DNA of 62,592 nucleotides, filler included, from Basidiobolus ranarum (Eukaryota): NCBI GenBank assembly GCA_040143965.1. It is 38 parts of 38 records of this genome, joined end to end, with 100 filler letters (N's around TTAATTAATTAA, not from the genome) between each part and the next. Parts side by side here need not be neighbours in the genome. Positions count along the whole stretch, not along the records: positions 1 to 1,558 come from JASJQH010011722.1; positions 1,659 to 3,216 come from JASJQH010011723.1; positions 3,317 to 4,873 come from JASJQH010011724.1; positions 4,974 to 6,530 come from JASJQH010011725.1; positions 6,631 to 8,186 come from JASJQH010011726.1; positions 8,287 to 9,842 come from JASJQH010011727.1; positions 9,943 to 11,498 come from JASJQH010011728.1; positions 11,599 to 13,153 come from JASJQH010011729.1; 30 more parts are not named here. The stretch is one strand, 5' to 3'. This document shows positions 1 to 11,703 of the stretch, piece after piece. Within the stretch, counting starts at the first letter, position 1. Every line of letters begins with the position of its first letter. Both the position numbers and the translations under genes were made by a program. Under the pieces are notes generated by a model. It ran no database searches. It was not told where the DNA came from and was given only the letters and a program-made list of their open reading frames with translations.

Positions 1-810
1 GACATTTAGACTTTTGTCAAGATGTAAGTAAAGTAACATGTAAAATGTGCTAAAAAAGGTCCCAGGAACATGTGTGCAAAGTATGGGGCTTCTAGCACAA
101 GCTTGAAAAATATATATATCAGAGAACTTCTAAGTTGGTGAAAATATTCTAAGTAAATTCCAATTGAGAATGGTGGGTAATATCTTAGTGAAATAAAAGA
201 TAGCTAAATACTAAGCTATATTTGAAAATATAGGTGCTTAGGCAATGCTAATTTCAACACATGTCAAAGGATAAGGTATATGATATTTCTATTGCATGTA
301 TTCTTGCAAGCATCTCAAACAAACATATATATACAATTTTCAATCTTGTGCTAGAAGCCTCAAACTTTGCACACATGTTCCTGAGACCCTCCTTAACACA
401 TTCTACATGTTGGCTTGTTTACATCTTGACACTTTGTTCTTTTTTAACCTGGAGTTAACCATTGGTTTCAGATAATTTTGCATTGTTTTCTTCTTCTACA
501 ACAGTATCCCAAAGTCTTTTTTCTTGCAGCAGCATTTTCATTTTAATTTTCCAAACTTGACAATTGGTTCCATCCAATTTTTCAGTACGGGCAATAGCTC
601 CCAAAATTTGAAAAGTAGATATTATACATAGTGCAAGCATGGGGCTCTTAACCTGTTAAAGTATTTGGGAGCCTGTTGGAAGTGGTTTGGAGAATTAGAG
701 AAATTGGTGGTTTTCACTTATTGACTCATTGAGTTGGGAGTTGAAATTGATACTTCTGTCAAGATGTAAGCAAGATATCATGTAGAATGTGTTAAATAAG
801 GTCCCAGAAA
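1..810 (-). mobile_element. Ty1/copia family A: LTR fragments, PBS (642-653) and gag N-terminus (455-640)
   Basis: LTR pieces match the 348-bp solo LTR at 47336-47683; the minus strand reads LTR end ...TTTAACA then GGTTAAGAGCCC (degenerate half-tRNAiMet PBS); gag EKLDGTNCQVWKIKMKMLL. Confidence 0.9.
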
Positions 811-811
811 C

Positions 812-1558
812 ATACATTGCATGCCATTGGAATGGAAAAGATTCAAGTCAATTTAAATGGTGCCTCCAAAGAGAAAGTGTATACTTTTAAGGCTGTACTA
901 CATGTTCCAGATATTGCCAAGAATATAATATCTGTATGCAAGGCCACCTCAGAAGGGCTAAAATTCAATTTTGATAAGTCAGGATGCACCAGCACTGTTG
1001 AAAATGGGAGTTATTTAGCTTTGGGAGAAAAGGATTATAACTTATACAAACTTACATATAATCCAAGAGGTTTATGTGTAAATACTAGTTATTCTAAGCA
1101 ACAAACTATTCAATTATGGCATAAGAGATTTGACCATATTGGATTTGATCATTGGAGCAAAATGATCAAAAATTCCCTAATTTCAGGAATTCAAAATAAC
1201 CCCTCAACCAAAATGGAAATTTGTGAAGGTTATATATATGGAAAACCAGTCAGGCAAGCATTCAAGAGCTCTGGTTTAATAAAATCTGTCAAAAAATTGG
1301 ATCTAATTCATTCAAATTTGTGTGGACCTATGCAAAATTTTTCTCTAGGCTGAAAAAGATATTTAATCACATTTGTTAATGATTAAACAAGATATACTTT
1401 GGTCTACTCTATGGAAAAAAAGTAGAAGCTCTCTCTATCTTTAGAGATTTTAAAACACTGGTGAAGACTGAAACTGCAACTAAAATCAAGAAAATACACA
1501 CTGATTATGGTGGAGAATATACTTCAACACTATATAAGTACTTTTGCAAGGTTCATGA
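812..1558 (+). mobile_element. Ty1/copia family A pol remnant (protease C-terminus, GAG-pre-integrase, integrase N-terminus), with stops
   Basis: VLHVPDIAKNIISV, LWHKRFDHI, LDLIHSNLCGPM, TDYGGEY motifs; internal stops. Confidence 0.92.
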
Positions 1559-1658
1559 NNNNNNNNNNNNNNNNNNNNNNNNNNNNNNNNNNNNNNNNNN
1601 NNTTAATTAATTAANNNNNNNNNNNNNNNNNNNNNNNNNNNNNNNNNNNNNNNNNNNN

Positions 1659-1842
1659 TATGCCATCCCAGAAGGAGCATGAAGTAGCCGAGTTGCAAGG
1701 ACAAAACTATGGTGAGATTGTGTTGCGTCACACTCAGCCCCAAATAGTAGAGAAGATTGTCGAGAAAATCGTGGTCAAAGAGATTCCAGCTAAGGTTGAG
1801 CCCATTAAGAAGAAGTCTTTCCTTAAAAAGATATTTGCTTAA
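1659..1842 (+). CDS. C-terminal fragment of flavodoxin-like NAD(P)H:quinone oxidoreductase (upstream tandem copy)
   Basis: First ~66 nt nearly identical to 3151-3216 (two synonymous changes); ends ...KKKSFLKKIFA*. Confidence 0.88.
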
Positions 1843-2614
1843 ATACTAGGCTAACCTTGTTTGTAAAGAAATGCAATTCATGTAATATAATAATGTTATT
1901 ACCACGAGAGCATATATAGTTTAAGACTTTAATACGTGTATTAACTGTTTAATGGATCAATAAATAACGCGACTCATTTCCTTATTTTAGTAATACATGA
2001 TTTGATCTCAGAAGTTAACAATCTTTCTCTTCGATTGCCAAAATCTTACGTGTAAATGGTTTCAGATGATTTTTAGAAACTACATCATATCTATTATCGC
2101 ATATTGTTTGCAAGTATGAGCGATATTTTGAATATATATTGAGTGCTAAGTAGCGAGAAGGGCCCTTCAAATCCCTTCTTAAGTCAAATGATAAGCCAGA
2201 ACATGATTGATAACATTCCTAAGTAGGTTATCATTGACTATAGTGGGTAACGAATCTGGTGGCTGTTTATTCGTGAAGACAAGTGCGTATTCTGGTGCAA
2301 CATTTCGTATTAGATGTATACGTGATCATCGGATCTCAATCGGGATCAATGCTGATTAGTAACATGGTTTACATTTATATTTGAATGATACTTAGTCATT
2401 CGGAATAATACTACAAATAAAGCCTATTTTTCATCTAGTCCCCCCTGTACAAACATACGGCCTCTGAATTAGGTGGATAAGATATCCACTTCTGTAGATC
2501 CTAAATAATCATTTTGAAATAAATACCACATGGCGACCAACCTTTCTGATCAACAAGCCCACTTTCCAAAGCGACTTTGATTATCATCCTCTCTAAAGTA
2601 TCCCAGGTATACAA

Positions 2615-3216
2615 ATGACTACTCAACCCAAGACTAAGATTTTCATTATCCTTTACACTGTGTATGGCCATATCTACGAGTTGGCCAAATCAGTCAAGAA
2701 GGGAATCGAGAAGAGTGGCGATATCGAGGTCACTATCTACCAAGTTCCTGAGACTCTATCAGATGAAATCCTCACTAAGCTTCACGCCCCACCCAAGCCA
2801 GATATCCCAGTCATCACACCGGCTATGCTGACAGAAGCTGATGGGTTCTTCTTCGGTATTCCTACCAGATATGGTGCAATGCCTGCCCAATTCCAACAGT
2901 TCTGGGATGCTACTGGCGCACTTTGGGCTCAAGGAGCTCTTCGTAATAAGTTTGCTGCCACCTTCTTCTCTACTGCTACTCAACACGGTGGCCAAGAGAC
3001 TACTGCTTTCACTTTCCTTACCACTATCGTTCATCATGGAATGATCTACATTCCCAATGGATTTGCTTCACCACATGTCACCGATAACTCAGAGATAGTT
3101 GGTGGCGGTCCTTGGGGATCAGGCACCATTACCAACAGTGATGGATCTCGTATGCCATCTCAAAAGGAGCATGAAGTAGCCGAGTTGCAAGGACAAAACT
3201 ATGGTGAGATTGTGTT
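2615..3216 (+). CDS. Flavodoxin-like NAD(P)H:quinone oxidoreductase (WrbA/Pst2/Ycp4 family), 3' truncated by contig end
   Basis: YTVYGHI, YQVPETL, GIPTRYG, FWDATG, STATQHGGQET, GGGPWG motifs; intact frame, normal CpG content. Confidence 0.95.
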
Positions 3217-3316
3217 NNNNNNNNNNNNNNNNNNNNNNNNNNNNNNNNNNNNNNNNNNNNTTAATTAATTAANNNNNNNNNNNNNNNNNNNNNNNNNNNN
3301 NNNNNNNNNNNNNNNN

Positions 3317-3470
3317 TAGCATTTCTGGCTTTCTTCAGTTCTTCAGCAGCTTTTTCTACATCAACATGGTGTCGGTCAATTTGGGCTATCCTGTTGATGA
3401 GAAGTTCTTCAGTGGTCATGTTAGTTTCCCAGTTTAAAGTGTTCCAAGTTGGAATTAAGCTGACTTCCGC
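3317..3470 (-). mobile_element. Possible Ty3/gypsy post-integrase remnant
   Basis: Minus frame LIPTWNTLNWETNMTTEELLINRIAQIDRHHVDVEKAAEELKKARN resembles the segment after the integrase core of fungal gypsy elements; stop just upstream. Confidence 0.4.
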
Positions 3471-4621
3471 GGTAAACCATTATCTGTACGCATGAATTGA
3501 GTGGTATGAGCCATATCAATCGGTCAGTTGTCAAGAGTTGATGTTTATAGGCAACGCAAGAGATTCGTGTCAAATAAACATAAATATTGGAATGTTCCAA
3601 CACTGCCTATAGATCGGTATTGACGTAAGAGTATAGTATCTTCATTGGTAGAATACAGGCCCTAGCTCCTCTGATACCAAATTTCCCATTGGAGAGGGCA
3701 ATGTCCCCTCAACATGTAGGGTCTAGACTGTGGATGAAGCTAAATATTGAAGTGCCCTGAGATGTGATCAAAGCGCCAGAATCTATGATCTATTCACAGT
3801 GGCCAGAGTGACTTCAATCCTTTCGAACATCAATGATTTCTATCATGGCATCACTGACCAGTGGTACTGGACATATTTGAAGGGTTGCTTTGGCGGCAGC
3901 GAGCGGCCAGTTGTCAAGTAGAACATATGAAAAACACCCAAATCTACAGTTGAAGTCTCAGCTTGACGGCACTGGTAGTCAGCGCTTTACATGTAATTGG
4001 AGACAGCATCAAGTAATTTACCAATCGACCTGCCAATAATGGGAGATCTAGAAATGAACAGAGACACTCATGTTGACCAGACTGCAGTAATCAACTTGCG
4101 ATGTGACAGGTAATTTGAGGATCTGAGGTCATCGAATCCATACATCATAGGAAGATCGAATTAAAATCCAGAATTGTCAACATACTCAGCTGAGATTGAT
4201 ATCTTTCACGGTGCTTCTATTGATTAATATTAAGATTGTCATCTGATTTCAATGCGCCAAAATATCCACTTGTCATGTAGAATGATATACAGAAGCAATT
4301 AATATCGAACTAGGTCTTACGAAATTGTGGAACCAATTAAACATTGTGAAGATGAAATTGCCTCTTTTGGGAATCTCCAAGATAACTAGCGGTCTACCAC
4401 TAGAGTGGATTTATTATTATGATTTCATTGAAGCTGTAGCTGCCAATTACTCAATGTGTCAAAAACCAAGCATGAAGCTATATATAGTCTGGCCCTATCC
4501 CCTATCCACAACTATTACTGTTTCTTTTATCATCAATACTAGAAGATTATCCTTCCCACCCGCCTTCTCTTCGACTCTAATACGACACCCACGCTTTATA
4601 TTCATTTCTTTTTAGATAAAA

Positions 4622-4873
4622 ATGAAAAATGTACGTCCTCATAAAGTGGTATTACTTGGCGATGGTGCAGTTGGAAAAACCGCACTTACAGTACAACTAT
4701 GTTCGGCTCACTTCCTTGAAACCTACAACCCAACCATCGAAGACTGCTTTCGCACTCAGGCTGTGATCGACAAGAAGCCCTGTATGCTCGAGATCTTGGA
4801 CACTGCTGGTCAACAAGAATTCACCATGCTTCGCGATCAATGGATTCGCGAGGGTGAGGGATTCCTATTAGTC
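4622..4873 (+). CDS. Ras-family small GTPase, fungal Ras2/RasB-like, 3' truncated
   Basis: GDGAVGKT P-loop, YNPTIED effector loop, LDTAGQ, LRDQWIREGEGF. Confidence 0.93.
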
Positions 4874-4973
4874 NNNNNNNNNNNNNNNNNNNNNNNNNNN
4901 NNNNNNNNNNNNNNNNNTTAATTAATTAANNNNNNNNNNNNNNNNNNNNNNNNNNNNNNNNNNNNNNNNNNNN

Positions 4974-5770
4974 AGGTACACCAGTGGGAAGAGCGCCAAA
5001 TTTGGAAGTTTACCCAACACCTGGCACTTCTCAACAAGCCAAAACACCAGCAAATAAAACTCATGGCTCTCCAAGCTCAACTGGTACTTTTCAAAGTGTT
5101 GAAATTAGCCCCAAACTTAAAGGCAAGCAAAAAGCCACACCAACACCACAAAGCATCCTCAGTAGTGTCACACTACCAGGATATACAAAAATAGTAAAAG
5201 TGCTTGAGGAGTATTTTCAAAAGTATGAAGGGGAAAATGCAGTGCAAGTATGCAGAGGCTGGCTTCAGAAGAAGGACATTCAACTTGACATTCAGTCTGG
5301 TGTTGACTGTGTGGACATCTGGGAAGAAGTTAATACAGAGTGGCACAATATTGCAGGGTATCCACCAGATAGCTGGAAGAATGTTGATTCAGCAACATTA
5401 ATACAATGGTGGGCTTTGATGGAAATATTGATACAAACTAGTGTTGGGTATTAAGAACTTTATAAAATATTTAGGAGAATTTATCAAAGAGACTAGGGTT
5501 TTCAAAGGTGACAAATTAGCATTCAAGTGGTAATTGTGAAAAATTTGAGTTACGTTTTTTGCACATGTGTTCATCCATAGTTCTCAGAGATTGTAGCCAA
5601 TCATGTGTAACTATTTTGTGAGATCTTGAAATTTCACACCTGAAACTGAAAAAATTGATTAAAATCAAATACAACTTGACAATTTATGACAGTAAGTAAC
5701 TGTTCAATCACAAATGGATTAAAATTGTCATGGTTTTCCTACAATAACAATCCTCAAATATCTGTTAGGG
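4974..5770 (+). mobile_element. CMC/EnSpm-type element: ORF2 3' part and ORF2-side terminus (...TCTGTTAGGG)
   Basis: ORF 4984-5454 homologous to 35322-36284, 40690-41100, 55745-56027; terminus matches CCCTA end at 35322. Confidence 0.85.
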
Positions 5771-5778
5771 GTAGTTAT

Positions 5779-6180
5779 TGTTAGTTGAAAACCAGGATGA
5801 TTTTTATTTGAAAGGAAATGGCTCCTATTTATACTTTTCTGAAGGTCGAAATGATTACTAATGAGAATTGCCGGAAAGTTCTAGGGAATTCTATTGGTGG
5901 GGATCTGGGGTTATGATGTCACCAAAAATCATAAGATTAGCAACCCATGGAATGTTGCGGAAGATTGTGAAATAATCCAGAAAATAATAGGGCTAAGGTG
6001 GGTTGATACTAATAAATCTGAAATAATGGGGGATAATACTAATGGTGCAATATGATTGGCTAGAAAATATGGGTAAGTCAAATATGGATAATAAAATAGA
6101 AATTGTGCAATAGTAATGATATGAGCTTGGAGTGGAATTAAATCAATCTGCCAGTGGGTAGCAAAGCTGCTCCATTACCA
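5779..6180. repeat. Dispersed repeat, LTR-like (family F)
   Basis: 6040-6080 matches the reverse complement of ~60057-60100; begins TGTTAG; minus-strand TATAAATA near 5825. Confidence 0.5.
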
Positions 6181-6182
6181 TG

Positions 6183-7091
6183 GCATCAACTCATACTGGC
6201 CAATCTCAGGCAGATACAGCAACTGTGCAAAGATTTTGTAATTGGATATGAAAAACTTTATCATATGTTTAAAAAGATAGACTGAATCTATGCTGGTATT
6301 CAATACATTCCCTGCTGCATTGTTCATAATGATTAGAGATCATAGGCCCTTGCTATACATTTTGGGAGTTCCCAATGGAGCACATCTGCAGTGAAATGAT
6401 GCTCTGTGTGAAATTGTCAGCATTACCATATACTAATCTGATTAAAAATGTGTCAGCAAGATCAGTGATGAATGTAATGCAATGGGTTAAGGAGACTCCA
6501 GAGTATATTAACCTTCCAACAGAGGGTTCTNNNNNNNNNNNNNNNNNNNNNNNNNNNNNNNNNNNNNNNNNNNNTTAATTAATTAANNNNNNNNNNNNNN
6601 NNNNNNNNNNNNNNNNNNNNNNNNNNNNNNAAATTTCAGATGTTTAGCACTTTATCCACCATTAGTTTCCAAGAAAAGCATATTGATGTTGTTGAATTAT
6701 ATCTAATCAGTCAAATATGTGAATATGTAGAGAATAAACACAACAAGATTCTTGTATTTTTTGATTCTCATTATGGCGGAATACAAAGCCTAAAATATCG
6801 AAATAAAGGCATGCATATTAGTTCAAATTCCTACAGCAGCAAACCCAGTAATTTGCCATTCAAAAATTATATTTTTGCAAAAATTGCTAGATATTGAATA
6901 ATGCATGCCAAATTTGCGGATCAATATTTTAACAGGTATGAATACTATTAAGATACCATCAAGAAACCGCTGTCACACCATCAAAATCCCTGGCAGAATG
7001 CAAGCCAACAATCTTGCTACAGTTCTCTGACAGTTTTGCTATTTTAGAGGGTGGATCCCATCCGGATCAAATCAATTTTATTTTTGCTAGG
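6183..7091 (+). mobile_element. CMC/EnSpm transposase C-terminal remnants and transposase-side terminus (two contigs: 6183-6530 and 6631-7091)
   Basis: GPCYTFWEFPME motif; 3' end ...TTTTTGCTAGG matches the CCCTAACAAAAAT terminus. Confidence 0.85.
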
Positions 7092-7568
7092 CAAGTTCAA
7101 GACAAAGATGTGAACTTTAGTTATTGTGATACTGAAAACATGCTTGCAGATATACTTACAAAACCACTCAAAACTTCAAGCTTTGAGAAGTTTAGAGCAG
7201 GAATAGGCATTAGTGAATGTAAGCAAATGCTGAATAAGAATTAAAGGAAGGTGTTGGCTATTTAATGTTTATTCAGCATTATAGTTAACCTTAGGTATAA
7301 TACATATATCAGAAACAGAAAGTAATGTATCTGTAGCCCCTATATTCTAATTAGGAATATCTCTGTATCTATATAGCAAGTATGTCTTATTACTTCCACT
7401 TATTGATTGTATGTTATTATGCAAACTTCTGAACATCTCAAACAATTGATTCACTTTTCTACTACATAAGTCACCATATACTCTTAAGAGTGAAGTAACT
7501 AAAACACACTATCATAAGTTGCTTCCAATACCCAAGGTCTACCCCCATGATGTCAAGATTCTCCAACA
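7092..7568 (+). mobile_element. Ty1/copia family C 3' end: RNase H tail, PPT and 317-bp 3' LTR (7252-7568)
   Basis: MLADILTKPL; AAAGGAAGG PPT directly before TGTTGG...CCAACA. Confidence 0.92.
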
Positions 7569-8186
7569 GAATTCCAAGAAACAACCTACTGTAGCACTTT
7601 CCATAACAGAAGCATCATGCATAGCTGCTTATGAAGCAACAGAAAAAACATTGTGGTTAAGAAAACTCCTAATAGATTTGGGCTGTTCTCAAAATTCACC
7701 AACTGCAATATTTCAAGATAATCAAAACTGTATCAAATTAGGTAGAAATCCCATGTTTCATAGTAGAAACAAATGCTTATATATTAGATATCTGATTAGG
7801 GAGACTATAGAGAGTAAGATTATTAACTCAACTTATTGGTCCACAGAAAACATGTTTGCATATATATTAACCAAACATTAGCTAGACAGAAATTTGGGAA
7901 ATTTGGATGTTTCTAAGAATTAGTTTATATGACTATTTACTTGAGGGAGAGTGCTGAGATTAGCATTGCCTAAACACCTATGCAGTCACATATGGCCTCT
8001 AGCACAAGTAAGAAAGATCATATATGTCAGTAATTCTAAATTGGAAAATGTTGGATAATTAATATTTATTGAACATCATAGTTTACTTTGGTCATGATAC
8101 ATATATTAGAAGCACAAAGCAACATATCTATAGCCACTATATTCTAAATAGGAATATCTCTGTATCTATATAACAAGTATGTCTTA
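7569..8186 (+). mobile_element. Ty1/copia family A RNase H, PPT and LTR start (7952), interrupted by another family C LTR (from 8049)
   Basis: KKQPTVALSITEA, FQDNQNCI; GAGGGAGAG PPT. Confidence 0.88.
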
Positions 8187-8286
8187 NNNNNNNNNNNNNN
8201 NNNNNNNNNNNNNNNNNNNNNNNNNNNNNNTTAATTAATTAANNNNNNNNNNNNNNNNNNNNNNNNNNNNNNNNNNNNNNNNNNNN

Positions 8287-8419
8287 CCATATTGTTCCTT
8301 ATAGAGTCCAATTGAGTGTTATAGGACCCAGCCATGGTAATTGACAGATTGCGCCAGATGGTGTAATAGCAGGCTGGATCAAGCGGCACAATCTGACCTG
8401 GTCCGATGGAACAAGCGCA
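8287..8419 (-). mobile_element. hAT-like element terminus inserted in LTR family D
   Basis: Reverse complement of 24044-24175. Confidence 0.75.
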
Positions 8420-8822
8420 TTTTGTGAAACCAAACCAATTATGTCATGCGACACATAGTGTATTTCCACCAAGACCTTCCACGGAAGGTCACCTGATCAT
8501 CCTTCCATCATCCTTACATCATCCTTGCATCATCCCTCTTTGTATTGGTCCTTGTAGTCCCCAACACCCCAACACTAGAACTTGCCACAATATATTCCCA
8601 ATTCAGTATATTATGTTTCACCCAAAATATCTATATAAGCCCCATGTATTCCTTGATCACATCTCAGTCTGAAAAATGCCAGTTATGAATAAAGATTCTT
8701 GCCAAAGTATCTTCCCTGTCCAGTCTTGTCTTATCTTGTCTTGTGGTCTACACCTAAGTACTCTCCTGCCTCCTAGCCTCTTGTCATTGTTTCTAGTCCT
8801 TGTCCAGTTTCTTATTGTGACA
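8420..8822 (+). repeat. LTR family D, 3' part
   Basis: Reverse complement of 34078-34470; ends TGTGACA. Confidence 0.88.
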
Positions 8823-9565
8823 TCAGGGGCTCTTGGTGATTTTTTTAAGCCTTGTAGTGTTTTCCAGAGTCTGCAAATTTTTTAGGGTTTTCAGGGTCCA
8901 TAACTCTTTCTGGCTGATCCATATTGATCTTCTCAGAGAGCTGACTATTAAACAAGCAGTTTTAACATCAATTTGTTGTATAATAAACTGCTGCTTAGCT
9001 ATAATTGCTAAAAGCAATCTAATTGAATTAAGCCTTGCTACAGGAGCATAAGCATTTGTATAATCTATTCCTGGTGTTTGGAAATAGCCTTTGGCTACTA
9101 GGCTAGGCTTGTACCCTTCCATATTGCCATCAGAGCTGTATTTAACTTTTAAAACCAGTTGGCAGCCAATTAATTTTCTATCATCAGGTAAGTTGGTCAA
9201 AATCCAAGTCTGATTGTCAATAAAAACAGGGTACTCATCCCCCATTGCAAGTCTCCAAAATCTCTTGTCAGGGCCATTCAGGGCCTCTTTTACAGTCTGG
9301 GGCTCATGTATTTGAGCTGTGCAGGCATAGGCCCAATTTTGGGACTTACTGGTATAGTAATTAGGGCTATTTCTGATCCAATTTGATCTCCTGGATTTGG
9401 ATAAAGAAACTACAACTTGTAGTAGTGTATTGGGATCTTCAGTAGTCAGAATTTTGGTTGCAAGGTCCACAGGAGCGCTATTTTATTCATTGTTTTGGTT
9501 TGAATGAATTTAATTGATTTGATCAAGAGAAAATTGAATTTTGTCATCTTCTGAGATCATTTTGG
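8823..9565 (-). mobile_element. Ty1/copia reverse transcriptase N-terminal remnant
   Basis: EPQTVKEAL, LVAKGYFQTPGIDY, APVARLNSIR, QIDVKTA. Confidence 0.93.
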
Positions 9566-9842
9566 CCCTAACAAAAATAAAATTGATTTGATCCAAATTG
9601 GATCCAACCTCCAAAAGAGCAACACTGTCAGAAAACTGTCACAATATTAATAGCTTGCATTCTGCCAGGGATTTTGATGATGTGGCAGTGGTTTCTTGAC
9701 AGTATTTTAATGGTATTCATACATGTTAAAATATTGCTCCTCAAATTGGCATGCATTATTCAATATCCAGCAATTTTTGCAAAAATATAATTTTGAATAG
9801 CAAATCACTGGGTTTACTGCTGTAGGAATTTGATTTAAAATG
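9566..9842 (-). mobile_element. CMC/EnSpm transposase-side terminus (CCCTAACAAAAATAAAATTG)
   Basis: Same terminus at 27861, 30424, 60288; sharp junction with copia sequence. Confidence 0.88.
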
Positions 9843-9942
9843 NNNNNNNNNNNNNNNNNNNNNNNNNNNNNNNNNNNNNNNNNNNNTTAATTAATTAANN
9901 NNNNNNNNNNNNNNNNNNNNNNNNNNNNNNNNNNNNNNNNNN

Positions 9943-10701
9943 CACTAGTTGGATCACAATTGCTTATGTCTTTATGAAACAATGATAGCATGAAATTGTC
10001 ATACAACAAGACATCAACAATAGCCTATTAATATAAGCAATTTCACTACAATTAAATGAAAAATGTCTGCCAATAAAAAGCCTGCACAGCCATATTGGCT
10101 TGATATGGCTCAATCCATTCACATTCTCATTCAATTAGAATCTCACATGATTAAGTAAATAATTTGCTGATCTAAATAAGATGAATCAAGCAATCCTGAT
10201 CACTACTCTCATACTGCAGATCAACACATCATTGAGTTTGGTGATTTGTCACCGGTGTGCCAAAAACACTGGTGTTTTGTAATGCAAGAGCCATTGGGCC
10301 CAATTGATAATCAGGATACTGTGTTAGTGAGGGACAAATGATTGGCCTAAAAACATGTGAATGTCTTGGTCATACATCTGATTAGGTAAGTTACAGTATG
10401 AATTGTTTATTGTAACACATTCAGTAATTCATAAGTTACAAACTAGGTGATGAACTTGGGTTGTCAGTTACTCAAAATCTTAATTTGGCAATACCAAATT
10501 GGATGACTTAGTACAGGCTGGCATGATATCTCCAATAAAATCATTGTGTTCAATTGTGGTGGGATAGTGCCAAATTGTTCCTTATAGTGTCCAATCAAGT
10601 GTTATAGGACCCAGCCATGGTAATTGACAGATTACACTGATGGTGTGCTAGCAGGCTGGGTCAAGTGGCATGATCTGACCTGGACCAATGGAATAAGTCT
10701 A
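9943..10701 (-). mobile_element. hAT-like element terminal ~760 bp (CpG-decayed copy)
   Basis: Reverse complement of 24044-24731; ends GGAATAAGTCTA. Confidence 0.8.
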
Positions 10702-11189
10702 CAGACTGTAATGTCCTTTTGTCACATGACAGAACATTTTTTCCCTCTTGCAGAGTTCTCAAACTTCTTTTACCAGTGGCTATAGAAAGCTGTTATCATT
10801 ACTGGAGGATTTTTGGCCTGCAATCAGCAAGAGCACTATCAAATTCTGTTATTGATCTCAACTCTTGAAAGAACTCTTACTACAAAGTTAATATGATTGG
10901 AGCTCACAGAATTTGTTCAAAACATCATCAGTTACTTGATATTGGTAAATATAAAAATTATTGGCCTGTAATTGAGTGATTTCATTGTGTTCTTTAAATG
11001 GTCTTTTGCTGGTATGTACTTATATATGTAGCAGTTTGTACCTAATGGTGTACAAACAACAGCTGGATCATATGTAAGTATAGTGCTACAGCCTTCTGCA
11101 AGAAATATATCTATGGTACCCTCCACCTGTTGTTAAGTTTCAATAAAATATGCACAATGTTGAAATTAGGTAAGTAGCAACTGATTGTA

Positions 11190-11487
11190 CAAACACTCAG
11201 CCAAAAGTCCAAACTGCTTGCAACACACTTGAGGGACTATATGAGACTAAAAGTCTTGCTAATAGGCTATATCTTCCATGAAACTTCTTCTCAATTCAGA
11301 ATAGTTTGGTTGATTATATAGCTAATTGTATAAAGCAGAAAAAACCTATGGCAGATCAGCTCTCATCCATTGGAGAACCTAGGAATGAAGATGATATAGT
11401 CATAATACTTTTTGGAAGCCTGCTGGAAAAGTTTTGGAACATCACAATTGCCCCAAAATCATGGTCAGAGCCATGGCCACTGGAATA
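11190..11487 (+). mobile_element. Ty1/copia family B gag remnant, followed by hAT-like terminus at 11488
   Basis: LEGLYETKSLANRL..., MADQLSSIGEP; homologous to 22600-22900. Confidence 0.85.
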
Positions 11488-11598
11488 TAGACTTGTTCNN
11501 NNNNNNNNNNNNNNNNNNNNNNNNNNNNNNNNNNNNNNNNNNTTAATTAATTAANNNNNNNNNNNNNNNNNNNNNNNNNNNNNNNNNNNNNNNNNNNN

Positions 11599-11703
11599 AA
11601 AAGTATAAATGCTTTATTTCTGGACAATAAACAATTATCTCACAAAGCTATTCACAACTCCACTTTTCTAAAGTTCCTCCAAACAGCCCATATTTTCCCA
11701 ATA
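11599..11703 (+). repeat. LTR family E 3' end
   Basis: Reverse complement of 21767-21870. Confidence 0.85.
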
